Source: Lingula anatina
Taxonomy: Eukaryota; Animalia; Brachiopoda
Length of the DNA: 64,000 nucleotides
Assembly (NCBI GenBank): GCA_051362555.1
Contig: CM120640.1
Span: 63,900,788-63,964,787, forward strand
Reading direction: 5' to 3'
In this document: positions 18,955-32,058 of the stretch, piece after piece
Position numbering within the stretch: the stretch's first letter is position 1
Layout: every line of letters begins with the position of its first letter
Notes under the pieces: generated by a model
What the model saw: the letters and a program-made list of their open reading frames with translations, nothing else
Databases searched by the model: none
Told to the model about the DNA's origin: nothing
Position numbers and translations under genes: made by a program

Positions 18955-20665
18955 GTGTCCACCTTGATTGTGATGATGCTGTCCATTAGAAGGAGCATTA
19001 TACTGTTTTCTAACCTGGGTAATATCCTTATTCCATGACATGTGAGGGATGTTTTGTGAAGGTATATAGGATTGCTTAGAGTCCATTTTCTATCTCTGTT
19101 ACATTGCCTGTTGTAATATATACAAGACAATGTCAAAGAAATGAACTTACAGTACTGAGAGCTTTCAACTGGATGTGTTTATTTATATGAAAGATATCTT
19201 AGTAAACTGAGTAATATTTTAGATATTTTGTCACTAGAAATGGGAAATGTTAAAACTTTATTTCTCTCACCAGTGTTTCAGAGCAGGTTCAAAATTTGGT
19301 GGTTGCCTATGTGTACTTACTTGTAAAACCATTGGCCTGAATGATATGGTTTTGTTGATGTAAAATGTATTGCTTTCTGCATGTAGATTATAGTTTTTAA
19401 GTCATTTGTCAGATGCCCCTTCTATCTTGCACTAGATAGTGTAAATTTACTTGTCAAATCGGAGTTCAAATTCTAGTAAAGTAAAGCCATCATGGAGTAT
19501 TAAGGTCAGAAAACAACTCATATTTAGTAATTCTTTTTTCCTTGGGTTTTAAGCAAATGATCGTGATCAGCCATTAAGTGTTTTTTTTTTTTTTTACCTT
19601 ATGAAACGTCACGTAGTTAGCAGGAATGAATGTAGAAACTAACTTGCCTTTGAAATCTGATTTATTCTTGAAAACCTACCTTAAATGATATAAAGTTCAC
19701 AAAGCTGGATTGCAATATTGACCTAGTCACTTGATAATGCACTAAAACAGATATATGCCTTGATATGATTTGAAAATTATTTATGATGGATTAACATGGC
19801 ACCATGAAGGTCATGTTTACATTAACTCAGTTGATGTCAAACCACTGTGTTGGACATGACACACGACTAACTAAATAATGGCAGGCAGAAGAACAGAGGG
19901 ATAAGATGAGCTTAAAAGCAATAACCATATGGTCTGCTTAAATTTAAAGCCTTCTTAAATAGAGCACTCTTTCTGTAGCAGTATGTATAGTGTATAGCTC
20001 TGTTACAGGGGGTGTCACTGTTTTTCCTATGTTAGCTTTCTATTGTTTGGCTAGAAGTTCTAGCTGAAGCATACACTTCTTAACAAAAAGATATAGCAGA
20101 CAATGAGCAAAGCATCAGTGAGTGGAAACTAGCTAATGGTTAAGTGCCGCAGGAGCTCAGCCTATTCACAAGGCTCTCTTACAAAACAGCTGGGTTGTTA
20201 AAGCCCTTCCATCATCAAGCGATACAAACCTGAGCTGTTGGTCATTAAAAAAAAAAAACCTAATGTGGAGTGGTAAGACAGAGCGCTCCATGTGAAAAGG
20301 CCTATAATGGTAGTGAAAATATGTAAGAAGTTCACATATCGTGACTTGACTAGATAAGCACCTTTGGTTAGATTAATGATTTTCACAAAGTACTTATTGA
20401 TTTATCATGGAGATCATCTGAGATAGTCCAAAAAATAGCGACCTAGCTTAGAGTTAAGCCAGATTTTACAGGATTTGGAAGATAGTTACATGGGATCAAA
20501 TGATGGCAGACTAGCAAGTGCAGTGTGACAGTGAATAAAAGCTGGCAGTATATATTCACTGACATTTTTTTTTTGTTTTCTCTTCTTAAGTTCTGTTATG
20601 TTTAAGCCAGTTGCACAACAGTACAAAGTCACCGTTTTGTATGTCACTTTCATATTGCTTTCTAA

Positions 20666-20880
20666 GGCTCTATTCCCATAGATTTTAGATCGATCTATCC
20701 CCGCGGGGAGTCTCACTAGATTACTTTCAGATAATCCGACTTACATGTCCATCCCGCCTACTACAAGCAGTAAGGGGGTAATTAACTTTCGTGTCCGCCC
20801 GGCTGACAGCTTTTTAGCGTGAACCCCCAGGGAGTTAGGTAGATCTAAAGTAGGTCGATCTAATCTATGGAAATGGGGTG
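20666..20880. mobile_element. PIF/Harbinger-type MITE-A copy
   Basis: TAA TSD; terminus ATTCCCATAGATTTTAGATCGATC; interior matches the copies at 35257, 43875 and 51099. Confidence 0.85.
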
Positions 20881-21641
20881 TAAGAAGGCATTCCTGGCAT
20901 CTCATGCTGATTTTGGACAAGGTGACCCATGGGCTTTATAATGTTATCTAGGCTTGTATGACATAAGGCAGTGCTGTCAACCTAGTTTGAAGCTTTCTTG
21001 GACGATTTCTATAAGTTATAAGGCAAAAGTGAAGTGTGGTAATATGCATAATTTTTATGCTTTTTTGTTATTTCAATAATTTGTTAAACTAGTAGTTGAA
21101 ACAACTTCATGTGGAATCCAATTGCAGCTGTTTTTTTAATGATATTTTTGGTGGTATATAATATAGTAATGAATTCTCTACAACATGAAAGCAAACATAA
21201 TATATAACACAGCTGATGTCTAATGGTAATAAAATACAGCTTGTTTGTCAACTGTAAAGTGCTTACATAGTTTTCGTAATTGCGATGAAAAGAGGTTTCA
21301 TAATTCAAGGCGATTTGTAAAAAAATTGAAATACTTTTATGTCAGGTTCAAAAACTTTAAAGTTCTTCATGTCATTTATTTTAAAAACTTGCACAGGTGC
21401 TTGTCACAAAAATATGGTTTATATTTTTAACATCACAAATACACGAATACGTATATTTCAGTGAGAATGGACAAACCTGAAAAATAGCCAGAAGCCAACT
21501 CTTTTAAGGAATGAACATGCCATCTGTAGATGGCTTTAATTTGGTTTTGGTAGGTCACAAAATGCTAATATAAAAAACGCTTGAGAAATAACATTTTGCC
21601 TAAAAAGACCTACAACGTGTTTTTAAAGAAATTGCTCTACT

Positions 21642-24090
21642 TTATCTTTTTCGAATATGTCGATATATACCAATTTCTACAAGAAAGTCGATCAACTCAG
21701 CAGCTGTCATTAGCGTGCTGCCAAGCACTAAACCTAGTGCGCCACCTATATCAGAGAAAAGTGCTAGACCTGAATAAGCAACTTGTTGCTCTATTACATG
21801 AAAACTAAGCTGTTTAAAATTAACAGACAGTGTTGCATGATTGTATTCAAAATAGTCCAGTGAGTAAAATGGATATTTTTCAGCAATTAAGCCTTCGATG
21901 AAGGCAACCGATGTTTTTGCATGAGAAATTGTATATTCATATTGTCTCTCTGTACACGGAGCTGGACAAGCGCAGTCCGTCAATTGAAATGCTGTCCTCA
22001 TTATATTGATCATCTCACAGGAGCCGTAGTACTCTGGTGTACACACTGGGACACCTGGGACATCTGGAAGATACAGCAATCGACATCCACAACGGCTGAT
22101 GGTAGCATTCAATCTGAAAAATAAACAGTGAAAATGAAATTTCGATTTAAACCGTTAAACCAACTGACATACGTCATTTTGATCAAAGGAGGTGAAACAT
22201 CAAAATTGTTCAATTGAAAGTAAATCTTATGTTTTGACTAAATATACTTAACTCATCATAATTAGAGTGGCATAAGCCAAATTCAGAGTATTATACTCAT
22301 TCACAGAAATAAATGCTTTGCTGTGCCGGGGAAATATAATATGCAGCTAGGGCCTACTCCTTTACCATAATGAATGTATACACAATAAAGTACTTACAGA
22401 CACTCAGACCTGCAGTTTGTGACGGAATACAGTGGATAATATGCGAGCTTTTTATCTGAACATCTCCCGTACGGTTCTGGTAAGTTATGTACCTAAAATC
22501 CGACAATCATATAGAGGACTTAATGGTACGTAGCTGGAAGACCTAGTAGGGGCATGCACTTTACATATGTCTCTTTAAATAGATGATGGAGATAAATTTT
22601 GCGTACACTGTGTCTGTTTCAGAACTTTTCATATTGAGCATTACAATTTATAAACGTGATACATTGCTTTTTTGGAGTAACATAACTAAAAGAGTCAAAT
22701 AAATTTGTCAAATGCACGTACTGTGGGGCGCATACTATGTAATTGTTTAAAGACAGGGAAAAAATAACTCTGAAACGGGGCTGGTAGGCCGAAACGTTCG
22801 AAACAGGACGAGGTAATCTCCCACGCGTGCTGAGGGCGTTCTGACCACTCCCATAAGAACAGTGTATTAGAGGCTTAGAAACGAGACAATTCATTGGAAT
22901 ATATGTAAACTTTCTACCTCTATCAACGAGATTGCCACGGAAGTCACTTCTCCCGGTGCCACATGAAACCCATTAGCCATGTGTGGGGTGTCTATAGGCT
23001 GGTGAAGCAGAACCTGAGACACAAATATGAAAATGACAGTTGTCAAACGTTAGCACTGCATGCTTACTTGTCGCTAACTTATTGAATGTCGCTTTCTTGA
23101 GGAAAGTGGTATTTATTTAAAGATACACGACGTACACAAAGATCGTTGTCCCTTCGCAACGCCCGATCATGAATTATTTCGTATAAGGCCAGTTTTGGGC
23201 TAAAATAAAAGACATAAATCAAAACAATTTCGTTAATCAAAGAAACACTTATTCAAACTGACATATAATATACTGGTCTTCACGTCTTCAGCTTTTGCAT
23301 TTCCAATTTCTTTATCGATAAGAAAGTAGGGCTTGTCCGCTAAGCAAGCATATATGAAATTTTGAAAATTAAAGTATCTAAGAAGCACGCGTGCATCGAA
23401 ATTCTGGGTTCTATTTCTTTGAAGACTTCTGTATTTGTACGTTTCAAGGTAGCATAGAACTCCTACCGTAAACCCTGCTTTGCGTGTCCTGGCAAGGTAC
23501 TTATCCTGCTCTGTATATAGTATAAGTCTTAGGCCATAGTCTTCGCCAGGGAATGTGGCATGCAAATTTCCACCTTAGAACAGGTAATAAAAACATGTTA
23601 AACGGTGAGAGTTCCTGTAAAATATTTTGACATTAAGTGCTGTATTATTCAACTCCATGCGACATTATGGAGTTAATAAATTCAAAAATAAAAACTTATT
23701 CTTCCAAAGATGCGTCCTTATTCCCCATATGAAAGTGTGTTGGGGGAAGGGGTTTGGACTGCTTTTATGTTCAAAGAGGCTTTCCCCTGGATCCAACCTT
23801 AACTCTTTCAAAAGTAACGTTTAACAAAGGACAACAACCTCTTAGTATCCACTAACTATTGAATTGACAAAAAGGTGTAATCAGATTTCTTAAAGACTAA
23901 AAATTTCTTAAATATTTCTTAAAGATTAAAAATAACTTACCATCGTTGAACGTATAACACAATCCCATGTCAGTTATTCTCCTGGTAAAATTGGCAGAGG
24001 AACACTCTGTGTATTTCCAATCACAAGCCTAGAAAGACAAAGGAACTTCATCAACATAATCAGTAGGAAATGCAAACACAGTGGAAATAG

Positions 24091-24128
<38 letters not shown>

Positions 24129-24685
24129 GGTCACTGTTACTTTAAGTAAAGACATCTTGTATTACAATAAGCTTGACTATTCAATTAAGGTGCTATGTGC
24201 TAGTATTTTTAATCTCATTTTACCCAGGGCAAATCAAAGTTCTTGTCCAGCTGATGGCCATGCGTCATGAAGAATTCTGTCAAGTTGTACCCACTGCCAT
24301 TAACGACGGCAGACGCAGATGATGATAATGAGAGCCCAAAATCAAGAGTCCCGCTGCTATTCAAACTTTCCTTCCGGAACCAGTTATTATTACAAATTGT
24401 TACCGCTGGGAACATCAGACTATTCTCATATGTGACTTCCATGTTGACAGAAACGGGGTTGGTATAGTAATAAGATATGCGATGATACAAATGATAAATC
24501 AGAAATGCAAAACCAGCGAGCACGAATGCGAGCCACAGAAATCTTCTAAACAAGCTGAACTTTTTATTAGCAATTTGTTTCACTCCGAGCACGCTGATGT
24601 CGTTGGCAAATGCAGTGAACCTTTCAGCGAGAGATTCGTTTTCGTCTTCCACAATACCATCTAGTGGAAATACTTTACGTAGCAT
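21642..24685 (-). CDS. DEG/ENaC (ASIC-superfamily) channel subunit, paralog A, about 439 aa
   Basis: Exons 24224-24685, 23941-24028, 23467-23573, 22918-23013, 22398-22492, 21642-22113 join in frame. Features: RRFLW TM1, FPAVTICNNN, CDW..., TDMGLCYTFN, GEDYGLRL, PEPYGRC, CACPAPC, TM2 FSDIGGALGLVLGST. Confidence 0.95.
24093..24128. repeat. (AAT)n microsatellite
   Basis: Direct inspection. Confidence 0.9.
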
Positions 24686-27600
24686 GGTGTGTTTAGATTA
24701 ACAAGCTCAAAAACCGACACTTTTCCTCACTGAAGTCTTTCAACTGACTAGTTCTAATTTTATGTTATGTTTCATAAAGCTACTTGGTGACGTTTGCGCC
24801 CAATAAAACCTTTCTATGCACCAGTGGGTGTATCAGAAATTCCTGTAACATTCTGAGGATGCCTCCTTTATAGCCAACAGCTTATATCTATTGGGGGGGG
24901 GGGGACTCAGGAGTTGGTTACGTGTAACTGAAATACTGATTATGCTCAGGCAGATCACCATGGGCAGATTTAAATGACACGAATATTTCATCAGCGCCAT
25001 TCCTGTTTGTTCAGGCGTATCACAGCCATTAAGGCTTTTCCTAGCAGGAAAAGAGTTCTCTTTTCTAAAATCTTCAGTTCAAAAGCCTGGCCATTGTGGT
25101 TCCAATAACCGTCACTTTCTGACCTCTTGAGAACCATGCAACAAACACATATCTAACTCTTTCATAATCGGAGCTTATTGATCCCATGGATACTTTTTCA
25201 AAAATAATCAGATATGTATCAGGGCCCAATATAATAATTAATACTTGCCAGATATGTATTATAATTAGCAATAGACCGAAGCACGTGGCAGAACACGAGG
25301 TAGTGCATTATGAGAAAAGTCATTATTAACCATGAGAGTTCACCATTAGACTTTTTCTCTCCCATTAGATATTGAGGGTTGTCATTTCACGATACTTCAG
25401 AATTACTCAACCAAAGACAAAGACAACGCACAACCTTATTCTTTCATGGCTTCCATTCATCGATTGCACACCTTCAATGGGTGTCTTGAATTAATTTTCA
25501 CTTTCAGCCTGCTCACAGAGGAATTTAACAATACTAGAGGTATTTAAAGTAACTAAAATATTTTAAACGAAACATTGAGTAGATTGTTCATGTGTAGCCT
25601 AGAACGACCCTGTTAATGGGAGTATCAACAATACGAAGTGAAAATGTGAATGAGTTATGAAATTGTTTTCCCACGTTAAATTACCTAAGACAAAATCGAA
25701 TCCAATTTTGACAAGTCGTCGTCAAATGTTTTTTCTGGGTAAGCATGACAAATACAGGGATGTTTAAACTGACGTCAGATGGTCATTGACTGCTTTCATG
25801 TTGATACTTGTCGCCAGTGTCACTTTGAAGGCTGAATTACCCTGATCACGCGAATCGCTAAAATGGCCATAATGGCTAGCGTTAAACTGAGAACAGTCAA
25901 TGCTTTCCCTGGACGAGCGATATCCGTGTAAACATCAATTTGTTTGATATATCAAGTAAGACATATACATCCAATGCTCTGCTTATCACAAATGGAAATG
26001 ACTTGCTTTACAGATATAGCGTATTGAAATGGTGGTCGATCTGAAATTAAGAAACACGTTTCCTTATCAGAAGTGTCAAACGATCCAATAACTTATCGTA
26101 GTCACGTTTTATAACCATCTTTGTAAACCATTGCTTCATCAAAATATCTAGGTTTTTTTATGAACGTTTACTTTTTGCGAAAAACCTCTCATCATACGAA
26201 ACCCTCTTTGCAAGTATAATTTGTATGGGCTGCTAGGTAAATAAAATGCAATTGCATTAACGCGTCTTTAACCAAAAATACTGGGTAATAAGAAAACAAA
26301 ACTCAAGGTTCATTTCACAGTTCAACAGAACAAAAAATTACTTATCATGAAAAAAATCTCCCTATAATATGAGATGAACTTTGCCAAAATGTTCGATTCA
26401 CAACTTCATAAGTTTGATTCCTAAGTTCATTAGTTTTGGTTCATACGTTTAGAAGACATAAAGGCATTAAAAGAGCTTGTAACCTACATTGTACATATTA
26501 TATTGTAAAATGGATAAAATGCGCATAAATTTCAAATTAATATTTCCCATGATTATATATCTACGAATATTTACTTTAAAGAACTACATTAAATTGCCTT
26601 TGACATTTTTTCGGTACACCACTGTAAAGTTCAATACAAAAAGTGATAATGTAAAACGCAGTGTTGAAACTAAGCGTTTTAAAGATCCCTGGGTATGCCG
26701 GACCCTCTATCCAGATGAAAACCACTTAATGCAATATACCACTTAATTTGATATAGCATTTACAATAATAATTGCGCATCACTCCAAATCATTTTGGACA
26801 CATATATTCATTTTGAACAAGTTATGTCCTCACTCAAAAAGAAATTTTATCAGGCTAATCACTCCCAGATAACATTCTAGGAAAGGTGTGGTTGGTAGTC
26901 ATGGGATATTTCTGAATGCGTATAAAAGACCATACTTCAAGAGTTTACAAAACATATTCTTGGTGGAGGGCTAGACAAATAGGCCTATGTCACGTTGAGG
27001 AAATAATGAGAGCAGTATGCAGTGGAAGTGTACAAAAGTCGGTAAATTAACTTTATTTTAAATAGAATAGAATAGAATAGAAAGGTTTTCAAATAAACTC
27101 CTCAACGCTTAATTCCAGTGTTGCGTTTTTTGGACTACGAACTCCACAAATACCTCTACATTATTTTTGTTACTAATTCAAAGCTTTTCTTTCAAGGGTT
27201 TTTTCTTTCTGGCTGATATATGAGCATATTCCAAAAAACTGGAAATAACATGCCTTCCCTTCTCAAAACGTATGCCAATGTACTACATTCTAAAATCCCA
27301 GAAACGTACTAGAGTTAAAAACGTGGTCTGCCACGTGTAGTTACATCATGTTTGTCCTTGCTGTAATATTTTAAGTTGCAATGAGCTTAAATGGGGCCCA
27401 ATACATGTATAACATAATTGTTCTACTGGTATGTCTTTATGATCAATTAAGTGTAGACTTTTGGCTTATGGACCACCAAGCGATCAAACTTCCTGGAAAA
27501 GAGCACGCGTCCATAACCGTGAAAACGTGATCATTATCTGAAAATCAAAACCTTCCAAGTGTGATGTAAGATATCCATGGCTGCTTTCCTCCAAAGTGTT

Positions 27601-27695
27601 GCCCATAAAAGCTCACGGCATCGTAGAAATGTGTAGAACTGGTGTAACTGTCGACGCAGACGTAACTACGACATTCATTGGCTAAACTTGCTAAA

Positions 27696-28806
27696 ATGCA
27701 GAGAAAGGTGCATCCTTTAGATGACATTATACACGACGACACCGAAACACTTGCTGAAACTCTCACTAGTTTTGCTAATAATGTCAGCGTGCTTGGAGTT
27801 CGGCAAATTGCCAATGAAAAACTCGGCTTGTTCAGGAGAACTATGTGGTTGACATTTGTTATCACTGGGTTAACATTTCTAATTTATCATCTGTACCATC
27901 GCATAGCTTATTTCTATTCCAACCCCGTTACTGTCAACATGGAAGTCAAATATAAGGATAGTCTGATGTTCCCAGCGGTTACAGTCTGTAATAATAACTG
28001 GCTGCGGAAAGGAGTATTAAATGATAGCGGGGTCCTAGACTTTGGTCTTTCATTATCGTCATTCGATTATCCCGTCGTGAATAGCAGCTCTTATAACTTG
28101 ACAGAATTCTTCATGACGTATGGCCATCAAATGGACAGGGTGTTTGATCTACCCTGGGTAAGGTAGATTACTTTCTATCCAAAACGTAACATAAATGCAG
28201 AGTCGATTGAATACCTGTAGTTGCCATACGCTGAATAAGCTTTAGATTTTATAGAGATGTCATTTTTAACTTGACATTTATTGTTGTGGCTGTTGATGTC
28301 ACTGATTATATTTTATCTCTTCTAGAATTGCGATTGGAAATTAACCGATTGCACATCAGCAAATTTCACCAAAAGAATCACCGACATGGGAATGTGCTTC
28401 ACATTTAATCACGGTGAGATACATGTATCTTATTTGCTACAGTTGTAATACTAATTTACGATTTTCTTACACAACTTTACTCTTTCGCATATTTTCATAT
28501 CATAGAAACTATCATTGTATTCTAAATGTTGGTTTTCAAATCGAAATGAAGGCGGTGCATAGAAATTAATAATAACAATGCATCCTGAATGCATTATATA
28601 TGATACAGGATTTTACTCTTGTTTTTAAATGTTAATATATAATGAATTATTGAAAGAAAAATTATAGTTTTTATGCATTGGCATTTGTCTTTAGGTGGAG
28701 ATTTGCGTTCTACGTTTCCCGGGGAAGACTATGGTTTACGACTTGGGCTATTTGCAGAACAAGACCAATACCTTCCAGCGACTAGCAAAGCTGGTTTTAC
28801 AGTAGG

Positions 28807-28861
<55 letters not shown>

Positions 28862-30242
28862 ACAAATCTGCGTGTTTGATCTTTATCTTAATTGCCCCAG
28901 TAGCAAATAAATGTCAACGAGTATCCTTGATCGATTCAAAAAAATAAACATTACGTGTCACCTTATATTTCAATAACTGTGTACCAATACGTGCGTGCGC
29001 GCCTCATTGCGTATGCATGTGTCATTGTGCACGTGTATGAGAGAGAGAAAGAGAGAGAGAGAGAGAATCCACCACTTTTGTTGTATTTGTCGGCTCATTT
29101 CTCTTCAACAGGTTCTTCTTCACCAGCCGACAGACGTTCCACGCATGGCAAACGGGTTTCAGGTTACAACTGGAGAATCACTCATTGTTGCTATCTCAAT
29201 GACAGAGGTAATGTTATAATTTTCCAACAAGCATAATGGAATATGATTTAAAATTTAAGAAACCGTTGGCAATTAGGGAGTTCTGAAGAGCAGTTTCTTC
29301 CCATTCAATCTACTATCAATATATTAATTCCTTCAAAACTTTCGTTTAAGGTGCATAATTTGCCAGAACCATATGGAGGATGTACAAGTAAAAAACTTGC
29401 TTACTATCCCATATATTCCGCTACGAATTGTAGATCTGAATGTCTGTAAGTATGTTACCAGCAGTCGTTCTATTTATCTTTTCGTTCATTCAATTATTAT
29501 TATTATTAATGATAATAATAATATTATCTTTGGAGCAAAAGTTCTGTTTGAGTTTCAGCATGCCATTCAGTTATGATTTTCAAACTCGAAGGGACAATTT
29601 TTCTAATGGATGAATGGGATGATTGGATGACTTTGACACTTAAGTTTTGTTGTCGAAAACAGTCGTTTAAATATTTAGCACCAATAAATCGCCTCTAAGT
29701 CTCCAAGCGTTATGGCGGTTTGGATGAAGTACCAATAAGTAATTTAAAAAACGTAATTTTTCAGATTGAATGCTACCATCAGCCGTTGTGGGTGTCGATT
29801 GCTGTATCTTCCAGATGTCCCAGGTGTCCCAGTGTGTACACCAGAGTACTACGGCTCCTGTGAGATGATCAATATAATGAGGACAGCATTTCAGTTGACG
29901 GACTGCGCTTGTCCAGCTCCGTGTACTGAAAGAAAATATGAATATACAATTTCTCATGCAAAAACTTCCCATGCTTACATCGAAGATATACTCACGAAAG
30001 TACCAAACTCACGCCTATTCCCGGAAAACTATTTACAAGACAATTTTGCAACTGTATCGATCAATTTTAATGATCTTAGTTTTCAGATAATCGAGCAACA
30101 GGTTGCTTATTCGGGTCTCGCACTTTTCTCTGATATAGGTGGAGCGCTAGGTTTAGTGCTTGGTAGCACGCTAATGACAGCTGCTGAGTTGATAGATTTT
30201 CTGGTAGAAATTGGCATATATCGACATATTCTGAAAAGATAA
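27696..30242 (+). CDS. DEG/ENaC (ASIC-superfamily) channel subunit, paralog B, about 441 aa
   Basis: Exons 27696-28157, 28326-28413, 28695-28801, 29112-29207, 29351-29445, 29765-30242; same exon sizes (except the last) and phases as paralog A, and the same motifs. Confidence 0.95.
28808..28857. repeat. (TA)n microsatellite
   Basis: Direct inspection. Confidence 0.95.
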
Positions 30243-32058
30243 ATCATAGCAATTTCTCTGAAAACAGTACGTTTTGTTTCTTCTTATGCAAAATGGAAAG
30301 ACAAATTAAAGAGTGTATATATGTAGACATGAGGTCTTTTTCTCTACCCTGACATTAGTACAGTACCGAAAAGAATGGAAAAGCTTGGTGTGAGGAGAGT
30401 CAGCACATTTTTCATGATTTAATACCACAGAATTAAGAGAGAGAGAGAGAGAATAGCGATTTTTATTGTCAACGATGATAACTTTAACGACTAATTTTAA
30501 TGTTTTTGCACTTATTTTAGCCAAAATTCGAATAAAAGCATACACTTTACCTTCCACTATTGTTGTAGAGTAACAGATCAGAGATAACTCATTCCCAAGC
30601 CAAGTGTTGCACAATAAGGGCGGGAAAGTTAACGGTCATCCTGTGATCAATTTTGATATTTGTTGTTTACAACAAACTGCTCTACCGAACTGTTCTACCG
30701 TCGGGCTGCTATAAAAATAAATCGGAATGCGAGATTCCATTTATATCAAACAAAATTAAGAACTGATTAATTGTTTTAATGCGCATAGGTAAAGTAGCAA
30801 GTATAAACTTATATTTTAACATTAAATGTTAAACTAGAATATGTAATAAAAAAATTAAATAAAAAATAAAAACGATCGCAACCCATTTATTGGAGTAGTC
30901 TTTGCCTATTTCACGCGAACAGCTCCGGCAGCTAGTGCGTCCACTGGTCTTTATTTGGTTTAAACTTTTCGGTCTCATTTTTACTGCAAATTAATGTGTT
31001 ACTTTTCTTGCAATCAACACCTTGAAAACAAAACTACAATTGTAAAGTACCCAAAACTGAGTGCATATTTTTTCGAGGAGGCGGCCTTCTTCAATTCTTG
31101 AATGCAGACTTGTGTAAAATTGCACTACAGGGTATATATTTTCTTTAAACTTTCGCACAGCTCATAACCGCAAGCTTATAGTCGGGATCAGGGAGGGGGG
31201 GGGGGGACTACAGTGCAGGTCGATTTCTTCATCACATTCGGATATCCCCTAATGTGAAACTAGAGGGGGCTAATTGGCCAGTCGGTGGTCCCTGTGGTAC
31301 CAAGTATTAGTAGCCTACATTGTTAAAGATGCGATTGGATGCAAACTATTAGGCCTATATGTCTTGATATTAAATCAATGGTTTTATTTTCCTGGCACTG
31401 TGGGCCCCAATAAATCTTATCGACTTCATGTAGGCCCTACATGTAGGCCTATCACTGTGAATCTACTTGTGACAGTAGTGTGTCATTATATAAAGGTGGA
31501 CTTCTCCTACCCGGGATGTTCGTGCTAAATCTAATTTTCCCCGAGGAAATTTAAGCGTTTTCTTTTACTCAAGAATCATTGCTCGAGTCCCTGCACTTGG
31601 ATTCGATTTTTTTACATTTCTAATGGAATAATTAGGCCCTAAGTAAAGCCCACGGCCGGGAATAGACTGCTTTATAGTCTTCCTGACATTACAGAAGAAA
31701 ATATCGACACCAGGTATACTCTCATTTGAAGTGTTTTATCATTTTAGGTCTAAATTGGGAAAAAGAAACGTACCCTGTACGTAGATTTTCGTGATTTATA
31801 AATGCATTATATATTTGCATGAAATAGCCTATAACCATTTAACCAAAGAATGAGTTTTGGGTAATTTAAAACATATCCAAAAGTGTATCTTTAGCTCAAA
31901 GTACTCTGAACACTCCTGATACTCCGTGAATATTCTTTTTTACGTCAGCTCACCAAAACTTGTAAATGGTCTCATCTTGATTAATGCACCAGTACCAGCC
32001 AGTGTTATGTCCTTTTTGCCCCAGATACCGAATGTGTAGCCAAGTCTAAAAGTAAAAG

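Noticed and set aside
22769-22800. Hammerhead-like string CTGAAACG-GGGC...GCC-GAAACGTT in an intron of channel paralog A
   Set aside because: The core deviates from CUGANGA at two positions and no stem I pairing is visible; at most a decayed remnant.
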